Below, piece after piece: positions 54,831 to 64,000 of a stretch of DNA of 64,000 nt. The notes under the pieces are model-generated. The model did not search any database. It was not told the origin of the DNA and saw only the letters and a list, made by a program, of their open reading frames with translations. The DNA comes from the human T2T-CHM13v2.0 reference genome, Homo sapiens. Position 1 is the stretch's first letter, and every line of letters begins with the position of its first letter. The stretch is from the NCBI RefSeq assembly GCF_009914755.1, contig NC_060929.1; one strand, written 5' to 3'. The translations under genes and the position numbers were made by a program.

Positions 54831-57049
54831 ATGGAATCCAGGAAATGGATGAAATTTTTCAGAGGAAGGTAAAGGATTTAGGATAGTTATCTAGGCAATG
54901 AATGCAAACTAAAGTGACCCTGAGTGGTTCGGGCAGACAACAATCTGTACCAAACTTGGCCACATCATGGTATTTATTTTGGAACAAATTAACAGGTTCT
55001 GTTTAATGAGAAGTAAAATTTTACCCAATTGATCTCATGCTGTTTCTGACCAAGATGAAATAAAATGAAAAATCCTAGGCTTACATTTCTGGAACCATTT
55101 CCAGTTTGAAATGCTTTGGCTTATGTTTTGGGCCAAATCTCAAAGAGATGTTTTTTCCCCATTTCTAATTACAGGGAAAAATATAATACAATTTTCTCTA
55201 AATTAAATCTATTAACCCTGATATTACAAACACTCTTTTCTCCTCCTCCTCCTCAAAAATACAATTTTACAACAAAAGTAGGTATGAACTTGAGAGTTTT
55301 GCTTCTTTGGGCAATTGAATGATCTAATTGAATCAACATCGTTAAATTTAAGAATTCATAATTATTGTGGTATTTCTGCTCAGTGACTTTTTTCCCAAGC
55401 TTATTAGAGAACCCAAACTCATTCTCTTAGCCCCTCATCTCCACTACATCAGCACTGATAAACCATTGTTGAAAATGCTAGAGTCAAGAGCGCATTGATC
55501 TCTTATAGTAGAAGCAATTTCCTGTTTTCAAAAACTTGTAATGAGATTTTTAAAATGCAAACAAATCTAATATATCCACAGGAGAGATTACAGAGTTGGA
55601 TAAACGCAGACAAACTGACGTTTAAACTATTGCAACCATCTCTAACATTCTATTGTTAATGTGCTAGCAGGGTTCTCTACTCAGAGAATGGAAGACATCT
55701 GGAGATAAATAGATATGTTTCCTAAAATATATCTTCTCACTAAAATTTATACACCATGTAGTTATTTGACAAGAAAAGACCTTGTCTTTTACTACAGTCT
55801 GTCAATGATTTTAGAGATTAGTTTTGATGTCAACATACATGCATGAGAAATGTATTATTTCTAGGGGGCCATTTTTCTAGCATTACAGTATGAGTTATGA
55901 GAATACTCAGGACCAACTTTTCCCCCCAAATTAGAGACACATGTTGTTATTTAATTATTGAAAGACTTCTGGTATGTTAAAATTATTAAGAACAATTTTA
56001 GATGTTAAACTTTAAATATTTTCTTCCAGAAATTCAGCAATCTTACCCCCCGCTACCATAATAATCACCATCAGAGATGGCGAAACACACCATCCATTAC
56101 TTCAAGCCATCACATGCATTGCAATAATCATAAAAGCAAAATAAAGAAGGATGCTCCTACTAAACTTGTGAGGTATTTACTCCCTCCCCAACACGCACAC
56201 CGTCTGTTTTGTTTTATTTCCAGTGGGGTCACAACATTTGCTGGGGCTTTGCCACCTAACCACTAGGCTAATTAAGTTGTCTTGGGGGTCTCCCCTTTTC
56301 CCTCCAATCCATTTACTTCATCTAACGTATCTCTGCCAGGTTGATATTCTTAAAAAGGCTCTCTTTCATCATGTTATCGGAACAAGGTGGTCTGCCCTCC
56401 ATGAACTTTGTATCTAGAATCCAGAAGAGATAAATATGCATGTTAAGTAAGAGAGGAGGGACTAAACCTGCCCAGGACTGATTGAAACATTAAAGAGATG
56501 ATTATTGATAGTCCAAGGAGAAATATATTTCCATAGCAACTTTTATTTTACATTTAGACTTACTGAACTCTTCCTCTAAAAAAATCTTAATTTATTTAAC
56601 ACCAGGACATTTTATTCCTAACAATAATAGTTAAGCCTCACTTCTTATTTCTTCTGCTCCTCGTAGCACTCTGTTCACTAACACTTTCTTTCCTTTAATT
56701 TTGATAGTTCTCCAAATAGACGTCATACTTCTACCACTCTGTCCATCTGTTGATGGAGTGGTGTCTCCACATTTTTTCTTTTGCTTTGCAAAAGCCTGTG
56801 CCTCTGATAGGGTGGCCTTCAAATATTTCCATGTATGTTTGTCTGATATTCTCAGACAGAAATAGCTACTTGTCATATCATGGCTTATTCATCATCTCAT
56901 CAGTTGGTATAAATCTATAAACTATAGCATACTATAGTCCTAAATAGGAATCTAATAAATATTCAATAGAACTTCTGACCATATTTATTTTTTATTCAAA
57001 AAAACATTTACTGATAGTTGACTACCTTGAGGAAATACAGTAAATGTAC

Positions 57050-57240
57050 AATGCTAACAATTATTGAGCTCTTATTTCTCTAAGACGCAGTACCCAGAAC
57101 TTGACATGTATCACATTTCCATTAATCCTTAAAAACTCACAAAGGTAAGTGTTATTATCCCCATTGACAAGATGGGGAAACTGAGGTACATGGAAACAAA
57201 AGAGTTTGCTAGTGCAGCCCAGCTGGGAATGGCGGGCATC
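57050..57240 (-). mobile_element. MIR
   Basis: 'ttattgagctctta...ttattatccccattgacaagatggggaaactgagg'. Confidence 0.8.
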
Positions 57241-58104
57241 TTAAAGCTCAAAGCAATACTGCCTTCTCTTACACATACCTCACTTTATATTCATGAGTCT
57301 TATTTAGCAAGGACTGCCACAACTATCTATAGGCCCTGGGGCACTATGGAACTTGCCCAAGGATCACTGGGGTTTAAGGCACAGCTGAGATTAGGAAACA
57401 GCTTTTGAAACTGAACAACTATATTCTTTTCACAGCCCCTCACTGTCTCACAATGATGTCCTTCTTCAGTTAATGATTTTGACTTTCCAATGTTAAGTTA
57501 CGGTAAAAAACCAACCAACCAAAAAAAACACACCTGTGCAATTTTGCATGTTTTTAAACAGAATTGTTTCTCGATGTTATGATTTCCCTCAGTGCTCTAA
57601 GTGCCTAAATTTCCCCATTACACGTCAAGAAAAACTAAATTTACTAACACTCCAATAACTTTATAATGTCACATTACAAAAATCTGTGTCCATAACTCCA
57701 TTTTTCCAAAGGAATTTCCTTTTTCTGAGCTTTATTTTATGTTTTTAAACTAAATGAAATACAGAAAGCAATGGTTTAGTATACAGCATGGGTTTGCCAA
57801 CACTAGTTTACATTAGACCTGCTAGCTAAACCTCATTTCTCACCTGTGAGTCCAACAAATAAATTATAAATGCTGGCACAATATTTATATTATTATTTTT
57901 ACGGCCCACAATTTACAACTCTGACTGTCCTTGAGAGGCTCTGCGTATTTGTTACGGTTCCCCTCCAGGGAGGATTCATCATATGACGACTCAACATCTG
58001 TGCTCAGGGAAAATTCAGGCTCCGTCTACTATATTCCATTTCCCAAGAAGCGTTATTGTTCCTCATTGATTGTGTAACGGAGGATTAATTATGCTGTCAC
58101 TTAG

Positions 58105-58493
<389 letters not shown>

Positions 58494-58667
58494 GACATAT
58501 CTGTTTTATAAACTGCCTTCTTGCCGCGTATTGCTACCGCACAGGTGCTGTGTCTGTATTTCCAAACAACCAATGGAATAGGAAAAGTCTTCATCAGCTG
58601 GTTATTTTTAACTCTTAAGAGAAACTGGATTGGTGCGTTTTTCACTAAATTAACCACTGGTGCTGTT

Positions 58668-58967
58668 GGGGTGCCGTGGCTCACGCCTGTAATCCCAGCA
58701 CTTTGGAAGGCCAGCAGGGAGGATTGTTTTAATCCAGGAGTTCAAGAACAGCCCAGGCAACATTGGGAGACCCCACCTTTACAAAAAACGTTTTAAAAAA
58801 TTAGCCAGGTGTGGTGGTGTGCGTCTATAGTAGCAGCTACTTGGGAGGCTGAGACATGGGGATGTCTTCATCCCTGGAATTTGAAGCTGCAGTGAGCCTT
58901 GATTTTGTCACTGCATTCCAGCCTGGGCAAGAGAGGGACCCTGTCTCAAAAAACTTAAATAAGTAAG

Positions 58968-58998
<31 letters not shown>

Positions 58999-59000
58999 AT
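58668..59000 (+). mobile_element. AluJ with (TAAA)n tail
   Basis: J-type 'gggaggattg...ccaggagttcaag', 'gaagctgcagtgagc', 'gaccctgtctc'. Confidence 0.92.
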
Positions 59001-59039
59001 ATTATACACTGGTGGACAGTAATTAAAAGTAAAATAACC

Positions 59040-59535
<496 letters not shown>

Positions 59536-59984
59536 GCAATGAGTATCACTCAGAGCTGCTGTTTAGTGTATTCGTAAGTGTACAGTCACTGCAGCAGTGA
59601 TTGCAAGCTTTTATTATCTCTTTCAAATAATATATCTAGACTTAATCTTTGTTTATTTATATAGTATATCTATTTTCCTCAAAAATTAAAAATGACCACA
59701 GGTCAAAATATTTCTTCCTATTTTCGGATGTACAGATTATGCTTAAATAATCACGAGTTTTACAACTGCCTAAAAGTAGACCAGTGATTAACCTTGAAAT
59801 ATGATTGTTTCTTTTCACTTGTGTCAATTAATGGGTTTTTTGGACATGGCCAACATTACCAGACAACTTTGTCTATCTTACTCTCACACTCAACCAAACA
59901 CTGGGATATCTAAATGGTACAATCATGTGGTGTGTGTCAACAGTTCCACCCTAGGCATCATGGGACATTCTGTTTCATCGCTTT

Positions 59985-60615
59985 CCTATAGTCCAGCAAC
60001 AGCCTTGTCTCCCCTTTTTCATCTGTGCCCTGAAGAAACTAGGGTGTTCTTTTCTTAAACTACAAAAGAACCCATATTGTTAACTTAGTCAACACTCATC
60101 AGTAGCCTTCTATCACACTTAGGATTAAATCCAAACTCCTTACCACAGCCTACATGGCCTTCTGGAAGTTGATCCTTGCCATTCTGTCTACTCTCTGATC
60201 TCCTCTCCTGGTATTTTTTCCTTGAACACCAAGTTCCAGTCATCCTGATCTTCTTGCTTCTTAAACATACCAAGTTCATGCCTTACCCAGGATCTTTGTG
60301 CTTGTTCCTTCTCCTAGAAGCCTTTTTATAGATTTTCAAATACCTTCCAAAGTCTTGTCCTCAAGATGTCTGCCAATACGTTACCTTATCTCTTTTGAAA
60401 TACCTTCCTTGACCACAGTCTCTAGAATACTCCCCGTTTCCCCATTCCTCCCCATTGCCCTGTTTCTTTTCATGGTATTTACCACTATTTGCAATGTTAA
60501 TAATGTATTTATTCATTTATTTTCATCTGTTAAAACACAATCTATAGAAAGGCAAAGACTTCCAGCATTTTGTTTATGGCTACATCCCTCCAGCCCAGAG
60601 CCTAGAGCTGTGAGA
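59985..60615 (+). mobile_element. L2 (L2a-like)
   Basis: 'cacacttaggattaaatccaaactccttaccacagcctacatggcc', 'cttgttccttctcctagaa'. Confidence 0.8.
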
Positions 60616-62259
60616 GAAGCAGCTCAGAGAAAGTAGGCAGTCAAGAACAGGAATGATCTAAAACAGAGCCTACCTTGTATTTGTAAGTCATAAATATCAC
60701 TTGATTGCAGAGGGGAGTAACCTCAACATGTATTATTTAAAAGCCTAAACATACTTTTTGTTGTATAGTTTATTGTGCTTTTATTTTCATAAGAATGGCA
60801 CCAACTCTATTGATGCTAATTTACCTATTTAATTATGCAAACATTATTTAATGAGTTAACCCAAAATGTATATTTTATCATGTGATGCTTAAAATGCTGC
60901 TGGATGAAAAATTAAGAGCCTTGAATCATTTAAATACATTCAAGGTTATATTATTCAGCTATATAACAACAAAAGTCTGAACTACTATTTCAGTGAAAGT
61001 CAATGACATTCCTTTCACCGAAATATTATTTTTACTCTGAGTTTTTTAAAAAACACAATTGTGAGCATGTGAGCTAGTTTGGCTATGATATCTTATTAGT
61101 GTAGCTGAATTTTAATCAGAACATGGAGTTATGTGGGGCGAAAAACACAATAATTTGTATTTGATGCAATACTGCTAGCTATACTGCAAATAATTAGATC
61201 CTAGTATCCAAACGTGAAAATTCAGTATAAGTGAACTTAAAATAGTATTTGAGAACAAACCAGTAAAACAAAATGAAATTTGTACTACACTTGTGACCTT
61301 AAGCTATGAATATTAGAGCAATTACTCTCTATTGTCCTGCATATGCAATCAACCTGAAATGTAGAACAACTTAGCACTACGTAAAACTTATTTCCTCCAA
61401 GGTTAAATTACAGGTCTATCTCTTTATAATATATTCATTACAGTACATTTCAACAAAAACAGTATAGGCTCTAACAAAACATTAAGGATAAAGCTCCTTT
61501 TATTAAAGAAGAATTTGAATAATATCCCCCAATAATCTGAGAGAATGTAGAGATAGATTTGTCAATATATGAACAGAATCTTACGGAAATAACAAAATTT
61601 TCAGAAATAATTATAATCTGCTTAAAAATAAGAACCTCCTCCTTATAAAAGTTATCCCCACCCCATGAGAGATGGATTGAAGGAATGAAGGAGTCATGCT
61701 TTCATTCTGTAATTCTTTATTGATTATCTTTTATGTCTCCACATCCCAGACAAGGTGTTGGGAATCAAAGATAAGCAATCCCTAGAGGTTCTCATTGTTT
61801 GCTAGGTGAGCTGGATAAACACGCCTAATTAAAGCATGTCTCTCCCCCCAACTCTAAGAAGAGGTGCGCCTCCCAGGATCTGCTAGGAATTGCCTATATT
61901 CTTCTCCCAATGTGGTCAACACTTATGACTGTACCTTATAATTTAGCACTTAATGAAATGTCCAGTGTGTAGATGTATTGTTCTTTATTCTCAGTTCATG
62001 TTTTGTAATGTGCAACCATGATTTAGTATTTTTTTATTTATTTTAAATGCCCAGTACGATAAAAGACTGACAGTGGACACTAATCAAACAGAAAGATGAT
62101 ATATACAATCTAGGTCATAGTACAGGGGAGTCACCCTTTATATTAAAATATCAAAGGAAGAATTCTATATCATATCATCTTTGAGCACCTATTTAAAATC
62201 AAATTTCAGAATTCCAGATTTCTCTTCCTTTAAAAGAGAAAAGTTCTCTACATTGCTTA

Positions 62260-62420
62260 TCATTACCAAGTTCTTACTTTATTTACTCGTTTTGTTTATT
62301 GAAATCTTCCCTAATAGAATGTAAGCTCCATGGGACAGGGATTTTTCTCCTATCCCAAATTACTAAAAAAGTGCCTGGCACATAGAAGCTACTCAATAAA
62401 TATCTGTAGAATGAATAAAG
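62260..62420 (+). mobile_element. L2 3' end
   Basis: 'tagaatgtaagctccatgggacaggga...gtgcctggcacatagaagctactcaataaatatctgtagaatgaat'. Confidence 0.88.
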
Positions 62421-63304
62421 GAAGGAATAATTCCTATTTTCAAAACAAGTCAGAAGAATGTTATTGATGTAATCTATATTATACATATGGAGAGATGCAC
62501 ATATAGGAAATACATATATGTATAGGATACATAGGGAAATATATATAAAAATGGGATATATTATACATATCTATAAATATATATAAGCAAATAAAAGAAC
62601 AAACTTTCATAAGGTCAATAAATGAACAAAACTTAATAATTATATCATAGGTCAATGGAATGTCCTGACATACTTCCTCAGTACTAAAGTGTATAAAATA
62701 GCTTAGTATTTTGGAAATCAGACTGCATTTTTAAATTCATTTGTACATGTAATATGATGGCATTTTAATTGTTTTTCTCCTAATCTAAAGGCTATTAGTC
62801 ATTTTATGGCCTGTGTGTCCCAATTGATGCTTTATTAGAATTGAGAAAGTATGTTCATTTGCTGCGTACTGATGATCAGTATCATGTTATTACCATACCA
62901 TAACCATGGTAAACATCCCTGACACTGGCAATATGAATAGGTATGATGTCCAGAAGAAGGTACTTTCTTTGTAGAATTTTCTCAACAATTAAGATAGCTG
63001 CCCCTAGGTAGCTACTATATGTTGTTGTATAATGTGGTCCTGGGAGGTAGTTATTTTTAGATAATATTAGTTAAATAGGAAAGACTGAACTCAAATTTTA
63101 TTAATTTTATTGCAATATTTTTTAAAAAGCATAAAAATGCTAACTAAATAGCAGAAGAGCAGTAATTTTCTTTCATATTACCACACTAAATTTAAGTAAA
63201 ACACCAGTAGGATAGCAAAAAAAAAAAAAGAAACAGAAATATCCAGGTGCGAACTACTTCTGCTTTGATGGATGCTCAATGTGTTATGATGTTAGATGAT
63301 GAAC

Positions 63305-63480
63305 ACGGTATTTATTGAACACTCAGTATATATGGTGGGTTCTGTGAAAGGTGCTATTCATTTATTGTGATCCCTGCTTTGTGGATGAGGAGACTGAGAC
63401 TGAGAGAGTGAATAACTCATCCGGGGTCATGCTTACAGTCAGCATTAGAGCCAGGATTGGAATTAAGATGCCCCTTCATT
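63305..63480 (-). mobile_element. MIR
   Basis: 'atttattgaacactcag...gatgaggagactgagactgagagag...agagccaggattggaa'. Confidence 0.75.
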
Positions 63481-63567
63481 CAACTTCATTCAACTTGCTC
63501 TCTTCTTTACAGTGCTGGTTTAATTTGACAGCAGTCTAGGGCCAGTCCAGGAGCTACCTGCAGGAGC

Positions 63568-63772
63568 AAGACCAGATTCATAGACATGCAACCTGTATAG
63601 TCCCACTTAGAACCCCCCTGATACCCGCTCCTATCCTCACTGCATTCCCTTCCCCCAACCAGTTTAAGGCTCTGCTATCACTATTTTGACAATTTGAAAT
63701 TCTTAGTAACTTTGAATAAGCAAACTTGCATTTTCGTTTTACACTGAACTTTGCAAATTAAATAACCAATTC
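63568..63772 (+). mobile_element. MER91-like hAT-Tip100 MITE
   Basis: 'gaccagattcatagacatgcaacctgt...ttgaaattcttagtaactttgaataag...ttgcaaatta'. Confidence 0.65.
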
Positions 63773-64000
63773 TATTCAGTATAGAAATTCCACAGAATAC
63801 TTTCACCTTGATTATTGCTTATTGAATTATTTTCCTTTTGAAAAAGATAATCCAAGCAGACTGAATTTTCCTCCGTATAGGGGTATGAATTAGCAACTTG
63901 TTCCTGTAATCCCATTTCTAATCTACATAATTTCAAACTGACTCTATTAGGCATAGACTCTTTGGTCAGTTTTTTTTTGGGATCTTTAGTCCCTCTTAAG

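Overview
AT-rich, CpG-poor primate genomic DNA. It is very probably human or hominid, given the young AluY/AluYd and L1PA3-5 copies, and looks like a long intron or gene desert. I can support no recognisable protein-coding gene, rRNA, tRNA, CRISPR or prokaryotic system. The ORF track consists of LINE-1/Alu fragments, simple repeats and chance ORFs. Much of the window is interspersed repeat: L1s of several ages (one near full length), 11 Alus, L2, MIR, MaLR LTRs, and Tigger and hAT DNA transposons. The most striking structure is at ~33.2-34.15 kb. It is a MER61-like ERV1 sequence shaped like the complete viral mRNA rather than a provirus (R-U5-PBS[tRNA-Arg]-short internal-PPT-U3-R-poly(A)), flanked by an L1-type target-site duplication and apparently multiply spliced. 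Other leads are a candidate recursive splice site or microexon at 50.28 kb and a chain of small minus-strand exon candidates. There is also a CpG-retaining CCAAT/TATA element hit by an AluY, an 89-nt hairpin, a twin-primed L1 and a very young AluYd8-like insertion. Subfamily names come from recalled consensus features, not from an alignment.
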